Shown here: positions 44,634-54,340 of the stretch, one piece after another
Position numbering within the stretch: the stretch's first letter is position 1
Layout of the letters: every line of letters begins with the position of its first letter
Virus record (IMG/VR): IMGVR_UViG_3300045988_134731
Location: 74,545 to 138,544 of that record
Origin: a virus
Length of the DNA stretch: 64,000 nucleotides
Strand: one strand, 5' to 3'
Program-made: the position numbers and the translations under genes
The notes under the pieces: model-generated
The model's input: the letters and a program-made list of their open reading frames with translations, nothing else
The model's database searches: none
Told to the model about the DNA's origin: nothing

Positions 44634-45599
44634 ATGTATTTTAACAAAAATCACGAAGAAAAAGTTAAGAAAAATGGGAGATATATTTATATAGGTTCGT
44701 ATAAGAAAGGCGAAATAAGTAAAGATAAAAGAAACATAGGTATTAAAAGTACATATATAAGAGTTAAATGTATTAATTGCAATCACGAATATGATATTTC
44801 GTTAGCATATTTGAAAAACAACACCAAGTGTATTTATGAAAATAGTATTGCATATTATATTGAGGTTGAATTAGGAAAAGATTTAAATAAGTATTGGAAT
44901 TGGGAGAAAAATAACATAAATCCATATTATACATATAAAAATAGTAATTTAAGTGTTACAATGAAATGTACCGAAAAAGACTATCATGATGATTATCCAG
45001 TTGTAATAAAAGATTTTTATAGAGGATGTAGATGCCCATATTGTACAAATAGAAACGGTAAAGTTCATTCTAAAGATTCTTTTGGAGCTTTATATCCAGA
45101 AAAAGCTAAACATTGGGATTATAAAAAGAATAATAAGTCTCCTTATGAAGTCGCACCTAAAACTGCAAATAAATATTGGTTTAAATGTGAAGAATGTGGA
45201 AAATCTTTTAAAAGAAGTTTAACCACATATAACGCTGATATGGTGATTTGTAAAAATTGTCATATATCAAAAGGAGAGAGAATAATTAAAGATTATTTAA
45301 TTAATAATAATTTTTATTTTATTCATGATAAACCATATTTTAAAGATTTATTATCTGATTTAGGAAGAAGATTGAGACCAGATTTTATATTGCCTAATGA
45401 AAGAGTTTGGATAGAATACGATGGTAGACAGCATTATGAACTACAAAAAGGATGGCAAACTAAAGAAAATTTTAAACGATTGCAAAAGCACGATGAATTA
45501 AAAAATAATTATGCTAAACAACATAATTGGAAATTAATAAGAATACCTTATTATGATTTTGAAAATATAGAAGAAGTTTTAAATAATATATTAAAATAA
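44634..45599 (+). CDS. free-standing homing-endonuclease-like protein (zinc-ribbon repeats plus a Vsr/DUF559-like PD-(D/E)XK nuclease)
   Basis: Treble-clef-like units (YWNWEKNNINPYY..., HWDYKKNNKSPYEV...YWFKCEECGKSF). The C-terminus is RPDFILP....WIEYDGRQH....KHDELKNNYAKQHNWKLIRIPY. It is a paralog of 50967-51965 and 56050-57156. Confidence 0.6.
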   Translation: MYFNKNHEEKVKKNGRYIYIGSYKKGEISKDKRNIGIKSTYIRVKCINCNHEYDISLAYLKNNTKCIYENSIAYYIEVELGKDLNKYWNWEKNNINPYYTYKNSNLSVTMKCTEKDYHDDYPVVIKDFYRGCRCPYCTNRNGKVHSKDSFGALYPEKAKHWDYKKNNKSPYEVAPKTANKYWFKCEECGKSFKRSLTTYNADMVICKNCHISKGERIIKDYLINNNFYFIHDKPYFKDLLSDLGRRLRPDFILPNERVWIEYDGRQHYELQKGWQTKENFKRLQKHDELKNNYAKQHNWKLIRIPYYDFENIEEVLNNILK

Positions 45600-45620
45600 T
45601 TAATAAAAGGAGAGAAAATT

Positions 45621-45785
45621 ATGATGTTATTTAATATGGATTGTGTAAATTTTATAATAAAACTTGGAGTAAATCCTAAGGGAGCAGGAATACATAAGAA
45701 AACTCATAAAGCTTATGTATATTTTGATAAAAGTGATAAAAATTTTATCAAAGCTATGGAGTTATGGAATGATAGAAACACTTAA
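45621..45785 (+). CDS. hypothetical small protein (54 aa, below the ORF-track cutoff)
   Basis: The protein is MMLFNMDCVNFIIKLGVNPKGAGIHKKTHKAYVYFDKSDKNFIKAMELWNDRNT. AAAGGAGAG RBS. It resembles 50764-50940 and 52836-53021. Confidence 0.45.
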   Translation: MMLFNMDCVNFIIKLGVNPKGAGIHKKTHKAYVYFDKSDKNFIKAMELWNDRNT

Positions 45786-45887
45786 TCTTAAAAAAATTAA
45801 GAACCGAATAGGGGGTTAATATTTAAATTAACTTCCTATTGAGTTCTTAAATATGATATAAGAACTCGAACATAATTCTCCCCTTTA

Positions 45888-45930
45888 GGTTACGGCTAAA
45901 AACTCCTTCCATCAGTCGTAACCATTTTTT
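45888..45930 (+). terminator. rho-independent terminator-like hairpin upstream of the packaging genes
   Basis: Stem GGTTACGGCT/AGTCGTAACC (45888-45897 / 45914-45923), followed by ATTTTTT. A second long hairpin precedes it (about 45808-45850). Confidence 0.5.
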
Positions 45931-45955
45931 CATTTTTTTAAAGGAGAGTGATAAA

Positions 45956-46801
45956 ATGGCAGACACAAAACAATGTTCAGCTACAGGTAAATTTAAACCT
46001 ACCGTTAGAGATTTCTACTCTACACAATCAATGCTTTATGAGCATGATAAAAAATTACCTATGAGTAAAGAAGTAGTTGACAAGTATTTTAAAAGGTTGT
46101 TAAAGAATTATAATAACGACCATAGGTTGGCTTTCATACATTTATGTATGGTTTTAGATATGTATTATGATGAAGAAACGTATTTAAAATGTGTTGAAAA
46201 ATATGGTAATAATTTTTTAGGTAATTATACTAGAATAATTAATAGAGATAAAGCATTTAAAGGATTGACATCATTAGACAATATGCTTACTTATGATGGT
46301 GTAACCAATATTATTACTGGAGAAACAGTTACTTCAAGTGAAATTGTTGACTTTTGGGGTAAGGGATTCCAAGATGATGAATATGAATTACTTCAAAGAA
46401 AATATGAACAATACACAGACAATTATCCATCTAAAGCCATTCAAGAGGTAAATTTAATTAAAACAATATGTATGTTAGAAGTTTTAAGAGAAAGAGCTAT
46501 AGTTAAGAATGACCAAAAAGCATTTGAAAACTTAACTAATCAAATTTCTAAACGTATGGAAGAATTAAATGTTTTACCATCTAAAATGAGTAAATATGGT
46601 GAAGACGATAACTTAAGTTATGGAAATTTAATAGCAATAATAGAAAAAAATGAACCTATCCCAGATGTTCATCCAGAATACGATGATGTTGATAGAATTA
46701 AATGGTGGTTAAATCGTTATTTCTTAAATCCTATCAAGAAATTAATGAATAATGATTCAACTCCTTATACAGAGGAGGATGAAAAGGGATATGGAGAATA
46801 A
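45956..46801 (+). CDS. terS: putative terminase small subunit
   Basis: The call is by position only: a 281-aa ORF directly upstream of and overlapping the large terminase gene. Confidence 0.4.
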   Translation: MADTKQCSATGKFKPTVRDFYSTQSMLYEHDKKLPMSKEVVDKYFKRLLKNYNNDHRLAFIHLCMVLDMYYDEETYLKCVEKYGNNFLGNYTRIINRDKAFKGLTSLDNMLTYDGVTNIITGETVTSSEIVDFWGKGFQDDEYELLQRKYEQYTDNYPSKAIQEVNLIKTICMLEVLRERAIVKNDQKAFENLTNQISKRMEELNVLPSKMSKYGEDDNLSYGNLIAIIEKNEPIPDVHPEYDDVDRIKWWLNRYFLNPIKKLMNNDSTPYTEEDEKGYGE

Positions 46802-47264
46802 GTTAAAATGTAAACAAAGAAAAAAATTAAAAAAAGATTCATATGAAAATTTATTAGATGGTGTAAAAATATGGACTGAATATTTTAGAAAAAATCCACA
46901 TAGATTTTGTATGGATTTTTTAGGAATTAATCTATATTGGTTTCAACAAGTATTGCTTTATATGATGAATATAAGTACTTCAATGGCATTTATTGCATCG
47001 CGTGGTTTGGGAAAATCGTTCTTAACCGCTGTATTCTGTTGTTGTAGAGCAATATTATATCCAGGTTCAAAAATAATAGTTGCATCTGGTAATAAAGACC
47101 AAGCAGGATTGATTATAACTGAAAAGATTGAAGATTTACGAATGAATTATCCTGCATTAGCAAAAGAGATAAAGAAAATTCAAAATAATAAAGATAATGT
47201 TAAATGTATTTTTAAAAATGGTTCTGTAATAACTGCAATAGCATCTAATGATGGAGCTAGAGGT
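46791..47264 (+). CDS. terL: terminase large subunit, exon 1
   Basis: Walker A FIASRGLGKSF. The frame ends ...SNDGARG and then hits TAA at 47265. The start is ambiguous (46752, 46779 or 46791). Confidence 0.7.
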
Positions 47265-47581
47265 TAAGTTTAGCCGTCTAAAAGAGAAATTTTTTAGATT
47301 ATTAGAGGGATGTATCGGTTCACTAAGTGAATAATAATTTTATGTTAAGACAGTATAAAATTAAAAGTGAGTCCTCCTATTTGTATGGGATAATACCGAG
47401 AGCAGTAATATCTAATACTGTTTGTAACGCATAAGGAATGAACGATAATATGAGAGTAATAATTTCCTCACGAGCTTCCTCCCCTTAACAGATAATGCTG
47501 AAGGTGAAAATATATGCTGAGCTTACATGATGGTAAAATGTAAGAACTATAAGATAAAAAGCTTATAGGGTAACAAAACTG
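47265..47581 (+). mobile_element. putative self-splicing (group I-like) intron 1 in terL, ORF-less
   Basis: 317 nt, GC-richer than its surroundings and without an ORF. The upstream exon ends in T and the insert ends in G. It shares sequence blocks with the second insert. Confidence 0.6.
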
Positions 47582-47754
47582 TTACGTGGAAATGTGCTAG
47601 TCGCAGATGAATTTAGGCTTATCAAATTAGATATAATAAATTCAGTTTTAAAACAATTCTTAACAAATCCAAGAAAACCTCCATTTTTAGAAAAACCCGA
47701 ATATGCAGATTATCCATTAGAATCAAATATGGAGATAAAAAGATATGTCTCAAT
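47582..47754 (+). CDS. terL: terminase large subunit, exon 2
   Basis: Encodes LRGNVLVADEFRLIKLD... (Walker B-like VADEF) and has no start codon of its own. The 3' boundary is uncertain by a few codons (alternative 47736). Confidence 0.6.
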
Positions 47755-48145
47755 ATAAGTAAAGTATAAGTGCTTATATTTAAAATAGGGTAAAATCGGT
47801 CAAATGTATAGTGATATACATGGTAAGGAAGGCTAAGTCTATAAAGTTAATTAATGATTTTTACGTTATAGATAAGCTAATACCGAGATAACTTATATGT
47901 TTAAAAACTATAAGTATTGTAACGCATAGGGGCTGAAACTGTTTGAGGGATAATTACCCTCCACAGAATATAATGCCGTAATTATTTTACATACTAAAAT
48001 TAGTATCCCAAGAGTATCCTACATTCATTATACAGAATTTAGAGAATGAAAATATATGCTAAACTGGGTTAGAATTGACTAACCGATGAAAATGAGGGAA
48101 ACCTCCAGAGTATAGGATAAAAAGCCTATAGTTAATAACAAATTG
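47755..48145 (+). mobile_element. putative self-splicing (group I-like) intron 2 in terL, ORF-less
   Basis: 391 nt. It shares TAATACCGAGA, TGTAACGCATARGG, GAAAATATATGCT, ATARGATAAAAAGCYTATAG and TAACAAA..TG with intron 1, and ends in G. Confidence 0.6.
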
Positions 48146-49265
48146 ATATCTTTCTAGTGCATGGTTAAAAGTTCACTGGAGTTATGAAAAGTTTATGACT
48201 ATACTAAATAGAATGTTTGAAGGTGGTAAGGCATTTGCTTGTGCAATTCCTTATTTAGCTTCTTTAGACCATAAACTTGTATTAAAAGATAAGATTGAAG
48301 AAGATAAAGAGGACATGGGCGAATTTGTATTTAATATGGAATATGGAGCTATATGGCATGGACAAAGTGGTGATTGCTTCTTTAATACATCTGATATGTT
48401 AAATGCTAGAGTTTTAAAGAATTGTTATTATCCATTAACAGATGACGACTATAGAAATCCGGAAGAGAAGAAAAAGAAATTAAGACAAATGCCTAAAAAG
48501 AAAGACGAAATAAGAATAATTTCGGTCGATGTAGCCACAGCAAAAGCTAACAAATCAAATAAAAATGATAACTCTATTTTTACTTTATGGAGATTACTTC
48601 CTAGTGGAAATAATATTATTAGAGAAGTTGTTTATATGGAATCACATAATGGTATGAAATTTGAAAAACAAGCCACTAGAATTAAGAGATTATATACAGA
48701 ATTTAAAGCTGATAAAATCATTATAGATGGTGGTGGATTAGGTATAGCGGTAATACAAGAGATGGAAAAATCATCTTATGACGAAGGTATCGATGAACAT
48801 TACGAACCTTTTGGTATTTATGATATGAGTACACAATCAAAAGATTTTGAACCTTTAAAGAATGGTATAAATTGTATATATGTGATTAAAGGGAATCAAA
48901 AAATAAATAATGATTGTGCCGTATATCTTAAAAATGCTTTTGGTAGTAAAAAAATAAGATTATTAATAGAAGAAAATGAAAAAAGAGGAGACTTTAGTAA
49001 AGACTTAAAATATCATCAAGACGCTGAATATCATGCTAATAAAATAGCACCATTTATTCAAACATCTAATTTTATATTTGAATCAATAAACTTAGATTAT
49101 GAAACTATGGGGAATGGTGATATAGTTCTTAAAGAAAAAGGAAGAAATCGTAAGGATAGATATTCTTCTATTACTTATGGTAATTATTTAGCAGAATTGA
49201 TAGAAAGAGATATAAGAAAGAAAAATAGGAATAAGAAAAAGAGACATATTTTCTTAGCTAATTAA
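48146..49265 (+). CDS. terL: terminase large subunit, exon 3 (nuclease half)
   Basis: The open frame runs from 48147 (YLSSAWLKVHW...) well upstream of the first ATG at 48195. Exons 1-3 total 1767 nt, giving one continuous 588-codon frame. Confidence 0.65.
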
Positions 49266-49282
49266 AAAAGGTGGTGAGATAT

Positions 49283-50743
49283 TTGAGCGAAGAGAAAGAC
49301 AATAAAAAGAATAATTTGAAATTTGCGCAACAAGCTTCTATGGTTGATATAAGTAACATAGATAAAATATCTAGCAATAGAAAAAGAAGTAAGGTGGATA
49401 CTGACACTATAGCTAGTGCTTTAGAAAATCCTTATTCTAATGTTACTACACTACAACAGCAAGCCGAGTTAATGAGGGTTATTAATGGTAATTTAAAAGA
49501 AATAATAAATTATAAATCGAATTTGTTAACTTACGACCATTATTTAGTTCCATTAGATGTTAGTAAGTTTATGACTAAAGGACAAGATAATTTTTTTAAA
49601 TCTTATAGAAAAGCGTGTTCAGAATTAGAAAAATATAATTTAAAAACTCTTTGTCCATGGATTCTAGAAAGTGAATTTAGAAAAGGAGAAATATATCTAT
49701 ATAAACAGGAAACAAGTGATAGCATTACATTCGTTTCTTTGCCAGAAGATTTATGTAAAGTCACTTATACTGAATCTTTTATGTTAGGTTATAGCATAAA
49801 ACTTAGTGGTATTAATACTAAACAATTAGGATATTACCCAACAGACATTCAAGATTTATATGCAAGCTATAAAGCAGGTACATTAAAGAATGATGAAAAT
49901 TTCGTAGATAACTATTATAAATTACCACTTGAAAACGCAATAGCTTTTCTTCCAGAAGTAATAGAAAGTAAAGGTATTCCATATTATTCTGGATTGCTTT
50001 TAGATTTAAGTAGGATAAAAGATTTAGCAGATGCTAGCATGGAAAATATTGAGGCTAATAATTTTAAATTAATTCATCAACTATTGCCTACAGATGATGA
50101 CGGTGATTTAAGTATAGAGCCAGAAACAGCAACGTTTTATCATAGAGCATTAGTTAAAAATGTCAGAGATGGTATAGGTGTTGTAAGTTCACCTTATCCA
50201 ATAGATTCCGTTTCATTACAAACTAATAAGGTTTCTGATTATGAGGAAATAAACAATTTAACTAAAAATGTATACGATACAGCTGGTATAGATAGTAATT
50301 TATTTAATGGTGACAATAGAAGTAGTACACAATCTGTAATTTATGGAACGATTGTTGACAGTTTAGCACCATTAAATTTATTGGATAGAATTAAAATTTG
50401 GTTAAATTATGCTTTTAGTAAAAATTCATCATTAAAGAACTTTCAATTGTGTTTTTGTGATACAACCAAATTTAATAAAGAGGAAAGAATCCAATCTAGT
50501 TGCAATAGATTAACTACATGGGCAAGCAAATTGGAATATTTAGGATTATGTGGATATTCTCCGTTAGAAGCGTTGAATATATTACAAATAGAATCAATAC
50601 TAGATTTTAGCAATTTAATGACTCCATTAGCTAATAGTCATAGTCAAGTTATTGATAATGATAAAGGTGGAAGACCAAAGGCTAGTGAACAATCTGGTGA
50701 CCCAAATAGAGCGCCGGTGGCAGACAATGCAGGAGATTATTAA
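49283..50743 (+). CDS. putative portal protein
   Basis: An ORF of about 486 aa directly after terL. The TTG start lies 6 nt after the GGTGGTGA RBS; the ORF track starts at GTG 49271. The call rests on position and size. Confidence 0.55.
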   Translation: MSEEKDNKKNNLKFAQQASMVDISNIDKISSNRKRSKVDTDTIASALENPYSNVTTLQQQAELMRVINGNLKEIINYKSNLLTYDHYLVPLDVSKFMTKGQDNFFKSYRKACSELEKYNLKTLCPWILESEFRKGEIYLYKQETSDSITFVSLPEDLCKVTYTESFMLGYSIKLSGINTKQLGYYPTDIQDLYASYKAGTLKNDENFVDNYYKLPLENAIAFLPEVIESKGIPYYSGLLLDLSRIKDLADASMENIEANNFKLIHQLLPTDDDGDLSIEPETATFYHRALVKNVRDGIGVVSSPYPIDSVSLQTNKVSDYEEINNLTKNVYDTAGIDSNLFNGDNRSSTQSVIYGTIVDSLAPLNLLDRIKIWLNYAFSKNSSLKNFQLCFCDTTKFNKEERIQSSCNRLTTWASKLEYLGLCGYSPLEALNILQIESILDFSNLMTPLANSHSQVIDNDKGGRPKASEQSGDPNRAPVADNAGDY

Positions 50744-50763
50744 AAAATATGGGAGGAAGATAT

Positions 50764-50940
50764 ATGAATTATAAAAATCCATTATATATATGTTACGATG
50801 CTAAACAAAAGAAATTTTTAATAAATGAAGGACTTAAATATTATGTTTGCGGTTTAAATCCTAATAATCATAAAACATTTTGGGTATTTATGAGGGATGA
50901 AGATTTAGATTCAGCATTAAATAAATGGAATAAAAAATAA
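50764..50940 (+). CDS. hypothetical small protein (family with 45621-45785 and 52836-53021)
   Basis: The start is set at MNYKNPLY after the GGGAGGAAG RBS. Confidence 0.45.
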   Translation: MNYKNPLYICYDAKQKKFLINEGLKYYVCGLNPNNHKTFWVFMRDEDLDSALNKWNKK

Positions 50941-50966
50941 TTAATAAAATATTAGGAGGAATATAT

Positions 50967-51965
50967 ATGTATTTTAATGAAAAACATAAAGAAAAAGTTG
51001 AAAATCGTGGAGATGGTTATGTCTATGTAGGAAGTTATCATAAAAATGAAGTAACTATGGATGGGAAAAATAAAAAATATAGTAATACTTATGTAAGGGT
51101 TAAATGTCCTTATTGTAAAAAGGACTATGATGTTATATTTGGTCATTTTAATCGTGGTAGTAAATGTCCTAATTGTTGTCATAGTTATGAGAATAGTTTT
51201 GCTTATTATATTGAAAAAGAATTAAATGAAAAATTAGAGGATTATTGGGACTTTGAAGAAAATGAAAGAAGAGGTATAAATCCTTACTGTATAACTTGTA
51301 AAAGTCATAATAAAATCATTTTAATATGTGATAAAACTGATTATCATGGTAATTATACTACAACTCCTGCTCATTTTTTAGAAGGTAAAAGATGCCCTTA
51401 TTGTTCACATACAAATGGTAAAATACATCCAAAAGATAGTTTTGGAGCTTTATATCCTGAAAAAGCCAAATATTGGTCTCCTAATAACAAGAAATCACCT
51501 TTTAAAGTAACACCTAGAACTAATATAAAATATAAGTTTATATGTGAAGAATGTGGTAATGAATTTGAGAGGGATTTAGCAAATTTAAATCAAGTTGATA
51601 CAGGTGTGTTTTGTAGAGAATGTAATTCTTCTCAATTAGAAATAAAAACTAAGAATGTATTAGTTAAATATAATATCAAATATGAAATGCAAGTGAAATA
51701 TGACGATTTATTAGGACTAGGAAAAAGAAATCTTTCTTATGACTTTTACTTACCAAGTTATAACCTATTGATAGAGTGTCAAGGCGTACAACACGAATCA
51801 TGGCAAAAAACTTGGATTACCAAAGAGGATTTTGAAAAACAATTAGAACATGATAGGAGAAAAAGAGAATATGCACAAAAACATAACATTAGATTATTAG
51901 AAATTTGGTATTATAACATAGATAATATCGAAGATATATTAATAAAAGAATTAAATTTAGGATAG
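50967..51965 (+). CDS. free-standing homing-endonuclease-like protein (paralog 2)
   Basis: The first roughly 60 aa are near-identical in pattern to 44634-45599 (MYFN.KH.EKV...Y.YVGSY.K.E...D..N). The C-terminus is SYDFYLP...LIECQGVQH...EHDRRKREYAQKHNIRLLEIWY. Confidence 0.6.
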   Translation: MYFNEKHKEKVENRGDGYVYVGSYHKNEVTMDGKNKKYSNTYVRVKCPYCKKDYDVIFGHFNRGSKCPNCCHSYENSFAYYIEKELNEKLEDYWDFEENERRGINPYCITCKSHNKIILICDKTDYHGNYTTTPAHFLEGKRCPYCSHTNGKIHPKDSFGALYPEKAKYWSPNNKKSPFKVTPRTNIKYKFICEECGNEFERDLANLNQVDTGVFCRECNSSQLEIKTKNVLVKYNIKYEMQVKYDDLLGLGKRNLSYDFYLPSYNLLIECQGVQHESWQKTWITKEDFEKQLEHDRRKREYAQKHNIRLLEIWYYNIDNIEDILIKELNLG

Positions 51966-51973
51966 GTGATATA

Positions 51974-52825
51974 ATGGATTATAATATTTTATCAACAAAT
52001 CCTTATAGCGATTATATGTGTAAAGGAATACAATTATCTAATGTACAAGCTTTACATAAACAAGGATATAAAGGAAAAGGACAAAGAGTTTGTATTATTG
52101 ATACAGGTTCACATTCTCATTCATTTATAGTTAATAATATTGTAGCAGGTAAAAATTTTACAAATGAAGGAACTTCAGAAGATTATACTGATAAAAATAA
52201 TCATGGTAGTTTCTGTATAGGTGAGGTAATACAAATAGCACCAGAGTGTGAAGTAGTAGTTGCTAAAGCACTAAACTCTAAAAGTGAAGGTGATATGAAA
52301 AGTATTATAAATGCTTTTAAATATGCCTTAGAACAAAATGTTCATGTAATATCTATGAGTTTAGGGAGTACTGAAAATGATGAAGAATTGCACAATTTAG
52401 TAAAAGAAGCAACTAAACGTGGTATTTTAGTTTGTACTTCAGCAGGAAATAATGGTGATGGAAATGCAGATACAGATGAATATGGATATCCTGCTAGTTA
52501 TCAAGAATGTGTAAATGCAGGTGCAGTAAATCAAGATTTATCTATTGCAAAATATAGCAATTCAAATGAATGGGTAGATATAGTAGCTTGTGGAACAAAT
52601 ATCGTTTCATGTTATTTTAATAATAAATGGTGTTTATCAAGTGGAACTTCAATGGCTTGCCCTATAGTTGCAGGAACAGCATTATTATTAAGAGAAAAAT
52701 TTATAAATAAATATGGTAGAATTCCTTCGGAAGAAGAATTATATGCAAGACTTATAAAGCATACTAAAGACTTAGGTATAAGTTCAAAACTTCAAGGCGA
52801 AGGATTTTTATATATAAATGAGTAG
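51974..52825 (+). CDS. subtilisin-like (S8) serine peptidase
   Basis: The catalytic triad contexts are CIIDTGS (Asp), NNHGSFC (His) and SGTSMACP (Ser). Confidence 0.8.
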   Translation: MDYNILSTNPYSDYMCKGIQLSNVQALHKQGYKGKGQRVCIIDTGSHSHSFIVNNIVAGKNFTNEGTSEDYTDKNNHGSFCIGEVIQIAPECEVVVAKALNSKSEGDMKSIINAFKYALEQNVHVISMSLGSTENDEELHNLVKEATKRGILVCTSAGNNGDGNADTDEYGYPASYQECVNAGAVNQDLSIAKYSNSNEWVDIVACGTNIVSCYFNNKWCLSSGTSMACPIVAGTALLLREKFINKYGRIPSEEELYARLIKHTKDLGISSKLQGEGFLYINE

Positions 52826-52835
52826 GTGATATATT

Positions 52836-53021
52836 ATGAATAAATTCATATATGCATTTAATGAAGAAGATAAACATGAACTTTTAAATCGAGGATTAGT
52901 GTTTTTATCTGAAGGTATTATAGACAATAAAACTGTTTATATTTTTCTTAATAGTACTAAAGTTAAATTCAGTAATGAAGATAAAAGAAAATTCATGTTT
53001 TCTAATAAATTATTTTTCTAA
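52836..53021 (+). CDS. hypothetical small protein
   Basis: 61-aa ORF with a TAGGTGA RBS. Confidence 0.45.
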   Translation: MNKFIYAFNEEDKHELLNRGLVFLSEGIIDNKTVYIFLNSTKVKFSNEDKRKFMFSNKLFF

Positions 53022-53045
53022 GAAGAAAGGGGGTGTGAATTAGAA

Positions 53046-54320
53046 TTGGGAAATAAACATTTAAAATTATATAGTGAAATGGAAGTTTTTAAATCTTCAA
53101 GTGATAGTAGATTTGTTCCCTGTAGAATACTTGCATGCCACGACCAAGATAATTTAAATGGTTCTTGGTTTGATTCAGAAACACAAATGAAATGTGCTGA
53201 AAAAAGTATTAGAGGTATACCCTTATTAGCTCATGTTTATAAAAATGAAGATGACGAATGGGTTTTAGGTGGACATGATACTAAAGTGGAGGCTACTGAT
53301 ACTCCAGATGGTTACGACTATCAATTGATATATCTTGAAAAAGCTTATGGATTTGTTCCAGAAGATACTATAATTACACAAGTAGAAAAAGACGGTAAGA
53401 AATATTTATCTTGCACAGCATTAATATGGAGGGAGTATTCCCAACAATTACTTGATATATTAGATTCTAACGATGGTGCATTAGAAGTATCTATGGAAAT
53501 AAATGTTGACGATTTCAGCTTTAGAGAAGATGGATTCTTTGAAATAACTGATTTTACTTTTTTAGGTATAACAATGCTTGGTGTAGGTGTTCAACCTGCT
53601 ATGGCAGGAGCTAACTTATCTCTGTTCACTTGTGGAGATGTTAAAACTGAATTAGAAGAAATGAAGAAAATTTATTCTTTAGAAAAGGGAGGTGAAACAA
53701 TGGACAAAGAGTTTGAAAATCAAGAAGTTCAAGAAACTGAAGAATTTGAAAATCAAGAGGAAACTCAACAAGAAGATTTCACTCCAGATGAAGAAGAACA
53801 AAAAGAAGAATGTTCTCAAGATAATTCTGAAGAAAAGAAAGAAGATTGTTCAGAAGAGGAAGAAGATAAAGATAAGGAAAATCATTCTGTTGAAGATAAC
53901 ACAGAAGATGAAAAATATACACAATTAAAAACTGCTTTTGACCAATTAAAAGTTGAATATGAAGAATTAAAAACTCAATTAGAAAACATGAGTGATTATG
54001 AAGAATTAAAACAATTTAAAGCTGATAGCGATGCTAAACAATTTAAATTAGAAATTGATTCTATAACTGAAAAATATTCTTTAGATACAGAAGATGCTAA
54101 AGCACTTCAAGACACAGTATTAAAACATGAAATATCTAAAGAAGAATATGAAGGGAAATTAGCTATAATGTGGGCTAAACAAGTTAAAGAAGCTCAATCA
54201 TTTAGTAAAACTAAAACTGGAAAGGCTAATTCAATAGGTATAATAAATCCAAATGAAGAATTTATAGATTCTAATGCACCTTACGGTGGTAGATTAGAAA
54301 AATGGAGAACTAAAAAATAA
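53046..54320 (+). CDS. putative scaffolding protein (globular N-domain, acidic linker, coiled coil), possibly a prohead-protease-scaffold fusion
   Basis: 424 aa with a TTG start. It has an extremely acidic stretch (EEFENQEETQQEDFTPDEEEQKEE...) followed by heptad-like K/E-rich helices. It lies between the portal and capsid genes. Confidence 0.45.
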   Translation: MGNKHLKLYSEMEVFKSSSDSRFVPCRILACHDQDNLNGSWFDSETQMKCAEKSIRGIPLLAHVYKNEDDEWVLGGHDTKVEATDTPDGYDYQLIYLEKAYGFVPEDTIITQVEKDGKKYLSCTALIWREYSQQLLDILDSNDGALEVSMEINVDDFSFREDGFFEITDFTFLGITMLGVGVQPAMAGANLSLFTCGDVKTELEEMKKIYSLEKGGETMDKEFENQEVQETEEFENQEETQQEDFTPDEEEQKEECSQDNSEEKKEDCSEEEEDKDKENHSVEDNTEDEKYTQLKTAFDQLKVEYEELKTQLENMSDYEELKQFKADSDAKQFKLEIDSITEKYSLDTEDAKALQDTVLKHEISKEEYEGKLAIMWAKQVKEAQSFSKTKTGKANSIGIINPNEEFIDSNAPYGGRLEKWRTKK

Positions 54321-54340
54321 TAAAACAGGAGGTAAAATTT

